A stretch of 64,000 bases of DNA, from IMG/VR virus record IMGVR_UViG_3300035670_010029; one strand, written 5' to 3'. The position numbers and the translations under genes are program-made. Source of the stretch: a virus. This document shows positions 9,407 through 17,559 of this stretch, piece by piece; the stretch's first letter is position 1, and the number at the start of each line of letters is the position of its first letter. The notes below the pieces were generated by a model that was not told the origin of the DNA, ran no database searches, and saw only the letters and a program-made list of their open reading frames with translations.

Positions 9407-9483
9407 ATTCATCATCAATCATATTGGTCAAGGACACAACCTCCAAGATTAAATCCTGTGAACTAATATGGTTGGTGGTGAAT
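9407..9483 (+). ncRNA. candidate hairpin sRNA antisense to early-gene leaders
   Basis: 22-bp stem (9407-9428/9462-9483, four G-U pairs); apical region CAACCTCCAA..TCCTGTGAA is complementary to TTCACAGGA..TTGGAGGTTG. Confidence 0.6.
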
Positions 9484-9485
9484 AC

Positions 9486-9570
9486 GCTGAAGTGGCGAAA
9501 CTGGCGAAACGCACGGGACTTAAAATCCCGCACATTAGAAACACTGTGGGTTCGAATCCCACCTTCAGCA
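9486..9570 (+). tRNA. trnL: tRNA-Leu(TAA)
   Basis: GCTGAAG/CTTCAGC acceptor stem, CGGGA-CTTAAAA-TCCCG anticodon arm, long variable region, GTGGG-TTCGAAT-CCCAC T-arm; CCA not encoded. Confidence 0.95.
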
Positions 9571-9648
9571 TTTAAAATGGTAGACACTAAAAATTTTTAT
9601 TATGCGTATTCCAATTATGGTGTATTAACCTTTAAAGGAGACTACATC

Positions 9649-10149
9649 ATGAAAAAAAGAAAAAGCAAATATACAAAAGAAATACTAGAACCTATTGTTG
9701 TTGATTGCAGATCTATGGGACAGGTGATAGATAGATTGGGATTAAAAAGGACAGGAGGAAATTACAAATCTATTCGGTTTCATATTAAAAGATTGAAAAT
9801 TTCAACAAAACACTTTTTGGGTCAAGGATGGAACAAAATAGGACAACCAGACTTCAATAACGGAAAAGAAAATATACAGACATACTTTGATAAGGAGATC
9901 GACAGAAAACCAGATCATGTTAAATCTAGGTTATTGACATATGGAATCAAAGAAAACAGGTGTGAATCATGTGGTATAAGCGGTAACAATGGCTGGATGG
10001 GCAAAAACATAACTATCGAATTGCACCATATTGATGGATGTAGATCGAATAATAATGTATCTAATTTGCAAATGCTTTGTCCGAATTGTCATTCACAAAC
10101 AGATAATTATAGGAACAGAAACGCAAAGAAACGTAAAAAAATCAGATAA
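9649..10149 (+). CDS. HNH homing endonuclease
   Basis: CESC..LHHIDG..NNNVSNLQMLCPNCHSQT; ATG 9649 after AAGGAG. Confidence 0.88.
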   Translation: MKKRKSKYTKEILEPIVVDCRSMGQVIDRLGLKRTGGNYKSIRFHIKRLKISTKHFLGQGWNKIGQPDFNNGKENIQTYFDKEIDRKPDHVKSRLLTYGIKENRCESCGISGNNGWMGKNITIELHHIDGCRSNNNVSNLQMLCPNCHSQTDNYRNRNAKKRKKIR

Positions 10150-10163
10150 ACAAAGGAATCCAA

Positions 10164-10382
10164 ATGAGCAAAAATACTCTTGAAATTTATAATGTAGGAA
10201 CTAAAGTTAAACTTGCAGATGATGTGTTTGGTACAATCGTAAGCGTATCAATCGCATCCAATAATAACGTAACATATCAATGTGGATGGTGGAACGGACG
10301 ATCATACTGTACTGAACACTTTAACGCTTCAGATATAGAAACCGTTGTCACTACCGAAAAAACCCGAATCGGATTTGCTTGA
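10164..10382 (+). CDS. small beta-barrel hypothetical protein
   Basis: VGTKVKL..YQCGWWNG; AAGGA RBS. Confidence 0.65.
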   Translation: MSKNTLEIYNVGTKVKLADDVFGTIVSVSIASNNNVTYQCGWWNGRSYCTEHFNASDIETVVTTEKTRIGFA

Positions 10383-10393
10383 AAGGAAATACT

Positions 10394-10714
10394 ATGAGTT
10401 TTGATGGTAAGCTAATTAATTCTTATACTCCTAACAATAATCACAAATCACCGATAGAAGGATTTGAAATTGTAACCTGTAGAGAATTGCCAGATTATGA
10501 GGGTGGAACTATTCTGGAAGAAGTGCGAACAGCAGAAGAATTTCTTAACGCTGATGAAGAAGCGTTGGATGATCCTTTTTATAGGGTGTTTGCTGTATAC
10601 AAAAAAGAAATAGGCAAACCCAAAAAAATTATAGCTGATTTTTATGATATTAATCAAGCTATAGATTTTATTTATGATTTAACTGGTGAAAATATTAATA
10701 TTATCTCATACTAA
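10394..10714 (+). CDS. hypothetical protein
   Basis: AAGGA RBS before ATG 10394. Confidence 0.65.
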   Translation: MSFDGKLINSYTPNNNHKSPIEGFEIVTCRELPDYEGGTILEEVRTAEEFLNADEEALDDPFYRVFAVYKKEIGKPKKIIADFYDINQAIDFIYDLTGENINIISY

Positions 10715-10716
10715 TA

Positions 10717-11271
10717 ATGATTAATAACGATTATTTAGTAGATGACTCTTATCACGATAGCGGTGGATATTGTGATTTTTTGCAAATCAAAGGAGATAAA
10801 ACATTAGGCTTCAAATCTTTTAAGCGTAAAGACAAAGCTCAGTACGCATTAGATATTCAAAAAAAACTATCAAGATTTGATCTCTCCCCAATACCGCTAA
10901 CCGACCTATGTAAAATTCCATACTATTTTGATCCAAAATTATTAGAAGTATGGACTCCCAGCATTACAACAACAGGGTGGGGGTTTGTCACTGAAAAAGC
11001 AACCCTTATAGATTGTGAGCATGATGCCCCACCGTATCTGCATAAGATACAAAAATTAGTAGAAAATATCTGGAATAAAACACGGTTAAAATTTTGGGAT
11101 TGCCACGAAACTAATGTTGGTTATATTAAAAGAGGACGGAAAAAACTTTTTGTGTGCATAGATACTGGTAAAGAAAGTTTTGATCCTCAAAGTAATGCTT
11201 GGGGATTTCCAGAACCGGGGCCAAAATGTTGCTATTGTAATAGATATCAATGTAGATGTTCGGAGTATTAA
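10717..11271 (+). CDS. minimal protein-kinase-like fold protein
   Basis: SGGYCD loop, LGFK, DCHETNVG catalytic-loop-like, IDTG (DFG-like); Cys-rich tail. Confidence 0.6.
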   Translation: MINNDYLVDDSYHDSGGYCDFLQIKGDKTLGFKSFKRKDKAQYALDIQKKLSRFDLSPIPLTDLCKIPYYFDPKLLEVWTPSITTTGWGFVTEKATLIDCEHDAPPYLHKIQKLVENIWNKTRLKFWDCHETNVGYIKRGRKKLFVCIDTGKESFDPQSNAWGFPEPGPKCCYCNRYQCRCSEY

Positions 11272-11272
11272 A

Positions 11273-11584
11273 ATGCCATATATAAATGAAGAAGAAAGAC
11301 TAGAATTAGACGAAGCTATTAACTATATGATAGAGGCTATTAGGAATAGCAAGTGTTCTTTATTTAATCATAATGATTTTTCTAATTATCTAGGAAGAAT
11401 TAATTACTGTTTTTCTAGGGTAATTATGGGTGTTATGAAAACGGTATCATATAAGAATATTGCTATGTCTACTGGTGTATTAGAAAATATTAAACAAGAA
11501 CTTTATAGAAGAGTAGCATCTTCTTATGAAGACCAAAAAATATTGGCCAATGGAGATATACCAGAATACAAAAAATTAAGGTGA
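11273..11584 (+). CDS. conserved phage protein (MPYI..ELYRR..YED..NGD family)
   Basis: ATG 11273 after GGAG; recognisable phage motif pattern. Confidence 0.7.
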   Translation: MPYINEEERLELDEAINYMIEAIRNSKCSLFNHNDFSNYLGRINYCFSRVIMGVMKTVSYKNIAMSTGVLENIKQELYRRVASSYEDQKILANGDIPEYKKLR

Positions 11585-11587
11585 AGT

Positions 11588-11887
11588 ATGGATAAAAATA
11601 TTAATGATGTCTTTAAAGAAATAGTTAAGATTAACAAAGAAATCAAACAACTAGATAATCAAAAAGATATTCTTGATATTAAAAAGACCTTAAAGAATAT
11701 GGATCGAAAAATACAAGAGATTATGCTTAAGATACAAGAATTTGAAATCATTATGGACGCCGCAGAAATGTTGGAAGACCATATGGAAGATGAAGAAAAT
11801 AAATACAATACCGAATGGAATCCATACGACGATGATATGGAACCAGAAGATTACGAAACGTATGATGAAGATGATGAGGAAATTTAA
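11588..11887 (+). CDS. coiled-coil protein with acidic tail
   Basis: composition and operon context. Confidence 0.65.
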   Translation: MDKNINDVFKEIVKINKEIKQLDNQKDILDIKKTLKNMDRKIQEIMLKIQEFEIIMDAAEMLEDHMEDEENKYNTEWNPYDDDMEPEDYETYDEDDEEI

Positions 11888-12135
11888 TGGCTAGTTTAGC
11901 ACTATTAGTTTCTGCTATGTTTATAGTGGTACTATTAGTTGGTCCATTATCATACCTATTGACCAAAATAATTAACTTACCAAGCTGGATAATATATCTA
12001 TTGGCTATTGCTAATATTGGTATCGGATTGTGGTGGTTATTGTTACCTATTCCAAATATTAGATTGATTGGGTTAATAGATATTCTGATTGGATGGAAAT
12101 TGTGTGTGATCGGAGACAAAAAAAATAAAACTTGA
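11887..12135 (+). CDS. small multi-pass membrane protein
   Basis: about three hydrophobic segments. Confidence 0.65.
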   Translation: MASLALLVSAMFIVVLLVGPLSYLLTKIINLPSWIIYLLAIANIGIGLWWLLLPIPNIRLIGLIDILIGWKLCVIGDKKNKT

Positions 12136-12160
12136 CAAGGCGGTTTGCCGATGATATACT
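12132..12160 (+). promoter_or_regulatory. sigma70-type early promoter
   Basis: TTGACA-17 nt-TATACT; leader TCACAGGA at 12168-12175. Confidence 0.8.
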
Positions 12161-12202
12161 TGGAGGCTCACAGGACAATTCACTTTTTGGAGATTTAGAA
12201 CA

Positions 12203-14854
12203 ATGAAGTTGGCAGATCGTACCGTTGAAATTCACAGTCGTGGTCTTGATAGCAGTAACCAGTTCACTATTGCTCAGACCAGTAAAATGTTTAAAATCCT
12301 TTCGGATTCGTTGTATTCCGATAAGGTTATGGCTGTTATTCGTGAACTTTCTACAAATGCTTATGATGCCCATATTGCTGCTGGCAATAAAAATCCTTTT
12401 AGGGTAATGCTGCCTACTCAAGCACAACCATCTTTTACTGTGCGTGATTACGGTACTGGTCTTAGTCAGCAAGATATGGAGGAACTGTATACAACGTATG
12501 GTGCCTCCAACAAAAATGATAGCAATGATTTTGTGGGATGTCTTGGGCTGGGTAGCAAGAGTCCATTTGCTTATACCAAGAGTTTTAGCACAACCTCTTA
12601 TCACAACGGCAAAAAGTATTCTTATGTTGCTGCTATGGACGAGAATGGTGTTCCTAGTCTTAATCTTTTTAATATTAGTGACACTAATGAGCCTAATGGT
12701 CTTGAAATTTCATTTGCTGTTAAGCAATATGATTTTGTTGAGTTCACCAACAAGTCTAAGCGTATTTTTCACTACTTCAAAATGAAGCCAATCATTGAAG
12801 GTGGGGTGTGTCAAAGTCTGCAAGATCATTCATACTCTCACATTAATGCGGTTATTGAGGGTACTGGTTGGAAGATCGGTCGTGTTTCCGGTAATTCTAA
12901 TCAATATCCCAGCCAGCATCATAGTACGGGCAGTAGTGTTGTTGCTATCATGGGCAATATCGCATATCCTGTAAATGCTGATAAGATTATCGGAGAAGAA
13001 CAAGAACAGAGCAATGACGCTATCCAGAAATGGAATCGTACTTTCAAAAAGGCCGATGTTAATAACTGGAAGAACCTAGTAAGAGAGATCCTGAACTCTG
13101 GTCTGTATCTCGAAATCCAATTTGATATTGGTGAACTTGAGATGGATGTTAGTCGAGAGGGATTGCAGTACACTAAGAATGTGATTAAAGTGTTGCGTGA
13201 TCGTACTCAAGACATTTATCTTCAACTCAAGGAAGATATGAGCAAGAAACTTGAGCAGTGTACGAATCTTATTGATGCCTATACAACATATTATAACCTT
13301 AGTGATCTTGCTGGCGGTTGGACTGCTGGTGCATCTTGGACTGATCCTAATGGAAAAGTTCATGAATTGCAGAGTGGCAAAGACCTTGAATACACTTTCA
13401 AAAAGAGCAAGCAATTGTATGCCTTTAACTTTAGAAGTGCAGGTTATCGCTCTCGTAGGATGGTTTATCTGACAGATAAGATCCACTATCAAACACTGCA
13501 AGGAGTTCCAGAATACTATTGGTCTGGTGCGAAAAAGAGCGGCAAGATGGTATTTTTTCGCTGCGACGTTAAGAGTGCCGAAACTGCCAAGAAGATTGTC
13601 ACCAGATATTGCAATACGAATGATTGTTATGCCTATCTTATGGTGGACAGTGATACTCCAGAAGATTCTACTGAGGGTTTTGATAATCTTATCAAGGATA
13701 TCGGTGGAGAATCCAATGTGGTCAATGTCTCAGATTATCGTAGTCTACTGAATAGTGGAACTCGTAGTCAGACAAGGGATAAGACCGGGCAAATTAGTGC
13801 TGATGAAATCTTTATCCTGTCATCGTCACCAGACGCAAAGAATAAGAATGTATTGCAAGGAAAGGACTTGAACGATTCTGCTTATCTGCATGAACTGGGA
13901 GAAGATATGTTGAATGATCTCGAAGATGAAACTATCATTTATTTCCCTATCGTTCGATATGCTAGTCCAGATAACTATCCCACTATTGCTAGTATTAGTG
14001 GAATTATGAAAGATCAGAAGCATAGTCTGAACAAGTTGTTTGATAGTCAGAACATTTTTGCCATCAAGCAAAGTTCTGTAGAAAAACTTCGTAAGCAAGG
14101 TTATGATCTGGTTGATTTTAATGATTGGTTTAAGCCACAGCTTAAAAAGTCTATGCAAAAACTCTGTGACAAAGTATCGGTATATAAAGATATTGTAGAG
14201 TATTGCACACAGCAGTACGACGCTGAAGAAAACAAGACTGATCGCTATTACTACAATAGAGTTAAGAGTGATCGCAAAATCGCAACAGAGCTAATTAATA
14301 TCTTCGGTATAAACTACAAGAACTATATCGGTGGCACAACTCTTTGTGATCAACTTGACAAGTGGATGATTTATAATTTCTTTGCCAAGATTATGCACAA
14401 CAACTTTGACATGAAGTTTTGTACGAAAACTGAATATTATGCTGTAATGGCAGAAATTCTGGAGAAGCATAATTTGAACGGTATTGATCCAGAGAAGGTT
14501 AAGCAATCTCATGCTGACTTTCTGACTCTCAAATATCATGTAACATCATTGTACAACGAAGACTATACGTCTAGTATTGTTGTCAAGTCAAAGCAAGGTG
14601 AAGACTTTATTAAGAGTATGCCGCCTATGACGCAACTCAGAAAAAATCTTAAAGTTGAGGTTGACAAGGTGGCGATGATGAAGTATATTGTGGGAGTGGT
14701 CTTCAATAGCAACGAGTCGAGTCTGGATCAAATTTCCAGTAACCCAATGCTGATGCATCATAACACTTATTATGGGGCTCCAGAATGGTTTAAGACTTTG
14801 GGCGAAGACAAGATCGAAGAAATGAGAAATCTTTTGGGTGGTATGGTTAAATAA
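12203..14854 (+). CDS. rIIA: rIIA-like protein with N-terminal GHKL ATPase domain
   Basis: LYSDK..IRELSTNAYDAH, VRDYGTGL, GCLGLGSKSPFAY, SREGLQY; followed by an rIIB-like gene. Confidence 0.85.
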   Translation: MKLADRTVEIHSRGLDSSNQFTIAQTSKMFKILSDSLYSDKVMAVIRELSTNAYDAHIAAGNKNPFRVMLPTQAQPSFTVRDYGTGLSQQDMEELYTTYGASNKNDSNDFVGCLGLGSKSPFAYTKSFSTTSYHNGKKYSYVAAMDENGVPSLNLFNISDTNEPNGLEISFAVKQYDFVEFTNKSKRIFHYFKMKPIIEGGVCQSLQDHSYSHINAVIEGTGWKIGRVSGNSNQYPSQHHSTGSSVVAIMGNIAYPVNADKIIGEEQEQSNDAIQKWNRTFKKADVNNWKNLVREILNSGLYLEIQFDIGELEMDVSREGLQYTKNVIKVLRDRTQDIYLQLKEDMSKKLEQCTNLIDAYTTYYNLSDLAGGWTAGASWTDPNGKVHELQSGKDLEYTFKKSKQLYAFNFRSAGYRSRRMVYLTDKIHYQTLQGVPEYYWSGAKKSGKMVFFRCDVKSAETAKKIVTRYCNTNDCYAYLMVDSDTPEDSTEGFDNLIKDIGGESNVVNVSDYRSLLNSGTRSQTRDKTGQISADEIFILSSSPDAKNKNVLQGKDLNDSAYLHELGEDMLNDLEDETIIYFPIVRYASPDNYPTIASISGIMKDQKHSLNKLFDSQNIFAIKQSSVEKLRKQGYDLVDFNDWFKPQLKKSMQKLCDKVSVYKDIVEYCTQQYDAEENKTDRYYYNRVKSDRKIATELINIFGINYKNYIGGTTLCDQLDKWMIYNFFAKIMHNNFDMKFCTKTEYYAVMAEILEKHNLNGIDPEKVKQSHADFLTLKYHVTSLYNEDYTSSIVVKSKQGEDFIKSMPPMTQLRKNLKVEVDKVAMMKYIVGVVFNSNESSLDQISSNPMLMHHNTYYGAPEWFKTLGEDKIEEMRNLLGGMVK

Positions 14855-14880
14855 TTTCACAGGAAAATAGGAGAATAAAA

Positions 14881-15744
14881 ATGAGTGTTCCGTTTATGTG
14901 GGTTGATGGTAATCTGACGCTGATCCTTAATAATAAGGCTCATCAGGTTCTTCCAGATCATATTAATTATCGATTGATTCTGGAGGCACTGCCGACCGCT
15001 ACCAATGATGAATTGGCAGAGTTGGTTGATATTGAAAAGGCTGTTAGCAATTTTAGCGACGGTCTTGTAGAGGTTAAGAACGGCAAGGTAATATTTGATG
15101 GTGAGGAAGTTCATGGTAGTATCAGTAAGCGTATTCTGGAGTTTATGAGCAAGGGTCTGCCTTTTCAGCCTCTTGTAAATTTCCTGAATAATCTTATGGA
15201 GAATCCGAGTATGCAGAGCCAAAAGGAACTGTACGATTTCTTGGAGCATGAACATCTGCCGATTACCGAAGACGGACATTTCCTAGCATACAAGGCTGTC
15301 CGTAGTGATTATAAGGATAAGTATGCTGGTACGTTTGATAATCGTGTCGGTCAGGTTTGCGAAATGCGACGAGCAAAGGTAGACGATGATCGTGCTAGAG
15401 GATGCTCTAATGGTCTTCATGCTGGTGCGTTGAACTATGTTGCTAGTTATGGTAATGCTGATAGTGGTGATCATATTATGATCGTCAAGATTAATCCGAA
15501 GGATGTAGTCAGCGTACCTAGCGATTGTAATTGCGAGAAACTTCGTACCTGTCGATATGAAGTAGTCGGAGAATACCAGGGTGAACTACTCAAGCCTCTT
15601 TACAAGAGCGAGTTTGCTGAAGATGAATATAACGAAGATGAAGAAGATTTGTACGACGAGTACGATGATGCTTACTGGGATCGTTATGACGATGAGGATG
15701 AAGATTACGAAGATGAAGATGATGAGTATGGCGCTTATAGTTGA
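14881..15744 (+). CDS. rIIB: rIIB-like protein
   Basis: ENPS..ELYDFL..PITEDGHFLAYK, CSNGLH, KINPKDVVSVP, RTCRYEVV; acidic tail. Confidence 0.85.
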   Translation: MSVPFMWVDGNLTLILNNKAHQVLPDHINYRLILEALPTATNDELAELVDIEKAVSNFSDGLVEVKNGKVIFDGEEVHGSISKRILEFMSKGLPFQPLVNFLNNLMENPSMQSQKELYDFLEHEHLPITEDGHFLAYKAVRSDYKDKYAGTFDNRVGQVCEMRRAKVDDDRARGCSNGLHAGALNYVASYGNADSGDHIMIVKINPKDVVSVPSDCNCEKLRTCRYEVVGEYQGELLKPLYKSEFAEDEYNEDEEDLYDEYDDAYWDRYDDEDEDYEDEDDEYGAYS

Positions 15745-15750
15745 TTTAGG

Positions 15751-15776
15751 ATTTTAGACTCGAAAGAGTCTAGGAT
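15751..15776 (+). other. GNRA-tetraloop hairpin
   Basis: ATTTTAGACTC-GAAA-GAGTCTAGGAT. Confidence 0.7.
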
Positions 15777-15777
15777 G

Positions 15778-15835
15778 AAGATGGTCCGCTGGAGCGGATA
15801 CTAGTTAGTGGTTGGTTCGATTCCAACACCATCTT
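15778..15835 (+). ncRNA. tRNA-like element lacking an anticodon arm
   Basis: AAGATGGT/ACCATCTT stem stacked on GTTGG-TTCGATT-CCAAC T-arm; CCGC-TGGA-GCGG hairpin. Confidence 0.6.
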
Positions 15836-15905
15836 TTTTGATTGCTTTTGATGCTAGTGTTTAGTGTCCCAATCATATTATTCGCAGGAAGTTTGAGGTA
15901 GAAAA

Positions 15906-17021
15906 ATGTTTAGTGATAATATTGGATTTAATCCGTTTTCCAATGATAATAGTGGCTATGCTAATGGTCATGCATCTGAAAGGCATCGTTTTTTGAGTTC
16001 TTTTAATCAAAAAAATATCTTTTGTTATAATGGTAATCCTCGTAAGAAGATTAGTAGCATGAATCACACATACGACATCCAAGAAGCATTAACAGCTAAT
16101 GTTGATCAAAGTGCTGATGTGTACTTTTATGTAAATGGTGGTCGTAAACTTTATGTTATCAACCAGTTCACTTGTTGTTTTTGTGATATGGATGCTGGTC
16201 GTGATAATGAAGGCAAGTATTTTAAACCCAGCGTGGTTATGCAACACAAGAAGCGTTTCTTGGAAAAGATCAACCACTTCCCTGTTAAACCAAGTTGGGT
16301 TGTAGATACTCGTAACGGATACCAATGCTATTGGCTTTTTGATGATGCTAGTAGAAAGATTGTTGGCAACAATAAAACTTTCTGGAACGGACTTCAAAAG
16401 AAGCTGGTAAATTACTTTGGGGGAGATCCAAGAGCAATTAAAGCTAATCAGATTTATCGTGTTCCTTATACTTGGTGGCGTAAGGGCTGGGAAAAGAAAG
16501 CTCCTTATTTTACAAGTCTTCTTCCCGGTAGCACTGGTCAACCAATTAATGTGGCCGATCTAAAGTCTGCTCTTACTGGTCAGCCGGCCACACTAAATAT
16601 CATTCCTGAAAAGTGTAGTGATGAATGGTATAAGGGATATGCTAAGGCTTATCAACAGTCAGATACTAACGGAGTGCCTGTGTCAGCAAATGTTGCTAGT
16701 CAAATTCTGAATGATTTGAGAAATGATCAAGTTATGAATCAGGCCAAGAAGATTATGGGGACTGTAAGTGATGCTCATGCTCACGATATGGTCTATCGTG
16801 CGTATGGTGATCCTATGCCCGTATCAACAACCAGCACCACTGACGTTGAGTTGCATGACGAGGATTTAAACCTTGATGGGTCACAGACCAAACTTTTAAA
16901 AACGGTCGTGGAGTTCCTTAATCAAGTGTCCACCCCTCTGTACTTTAGTAATAATAGATTTCTAAGTAGTGCAGCAAAAGAACTGGCGAATAAGCTCAGT
17001 GATGAATTCTGTATCGGTTGA
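15906..17021 (+). CDS. RepB'-like / AEP-superfamily primase domain protein
   Basis: FCDMD, PSWVVDTRNGYQCYW, GGDP..YRVPY. Confidence 0.7.
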   Translation: MFSDNIGFNPFSNDNSGYANGHASERHRFLSSFNQKNIFCYNGNPRKKISSMNHTYDIQEALTANVDQSADVYFYVNGGRKLYVINQFTCCFCDMDAGRDNEGKYFKPSVVMQHKKRFLEKINHFPVKPSWVVDTRNGYQCYWLFDDASRKIVGNNKTFWNGLQKKLVNYFGGDPRAIKANQIYRVPYTWWRKGWEKKAPYFTSLLPGSTGQPINVADLKSALTGQPATLNIIPEKCSDEWYKGYAKAYQQSDTNGVPVSANVASQILNDLRNDQVMNQAKKIMGTVSDAHAHDMVYRAYGDPMPVSTTSTTDVELHDEDLNLDGSQTKLLKTVVEFLNQVSTPLYFSNNRFLSSAAKELANKLSDEFCIG

Positions 17022-17089
17022 TACTTGTGAGGCTACGGGGTATAATAGAGTAGTCTAGGATGCCCCCGTGGCCCAGCATGGAGATTGTA

Positions 17090-17554
17090 ATGTCCGATAT
17101 TGATGAGCCATATAGCGAAGATGATAATTATGATGATAATGAAGAACAGTATCCTACTGGATTTTCTTACGGTGGTTTCGCATATCCTTCTGATTCATTG
17201 GACAAAAAGTATTTTACATTTGATGAAAAGGCTTGGGACGCCTGGGGTAAATGGTTGTATGATGCGATGAAGGACATAGTTGAATCTTCCCCGAATGTGT
17301 GGTATACTCCAACTAACATACATGGCTTTCCGGTAAAAAAGTTTCCTGTGAATAGTTACTTCTCCAATACTGGCAAGGACAACAAATCCTACCAGTATTT
17401 GGGGAATAACTATGATGGAGTAGCTATCTGGAAAAAGAAGTATTTTGTCAATGATCCTATACAATCTATGTATATTGATCATTTAAGTAGTCACGCCTCG
17501 TATTTTATTAAACAACCACATTATTATAAGGGTATGTTCGACATATTGAACTGA
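17090..17554 (+). CDS. hypothetical protein
   Basis: GGAG RBS before ATG 17090. Confidence 0.65.
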   Translation: MSDIDEPYSEDDNYDDNEEQYPTGFSYGGFAYPSDSLDKKYFTFDEKAWDAWGKWLYDAMKDIVESSPNVWYTPTNIHGFPVKKFPVNSYFSNTGKDNKSYQYLGNNYDGVAIWKKKYFVNDPIQSMYIDHLSSHASYFIKQPHYYKGMFDILN

Positions 17555-17559
17555 CTAGA

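Noticed and set aside
9402-9462. Minus-strand reading of the hairpin as an early leader plus a 9-codon peptide
   Set aside because: G-U pairs favour the + strand, no minus-strand promoter is seen and the TTG start is weak. Not formally excluded.
9424-9648. N-terminal extension of the HNH ORF in the track, and minus ORF 9402..9587
   Set aside because: Both overlap tRNA-Leu and the hairpin RNA; ATG 9649 has its own RBS.
15625-15730. GAT/GAA-rich low-complexity tract
   Set aside because: It encodes the acidic tail of rIIB and is not a separate repeat element.
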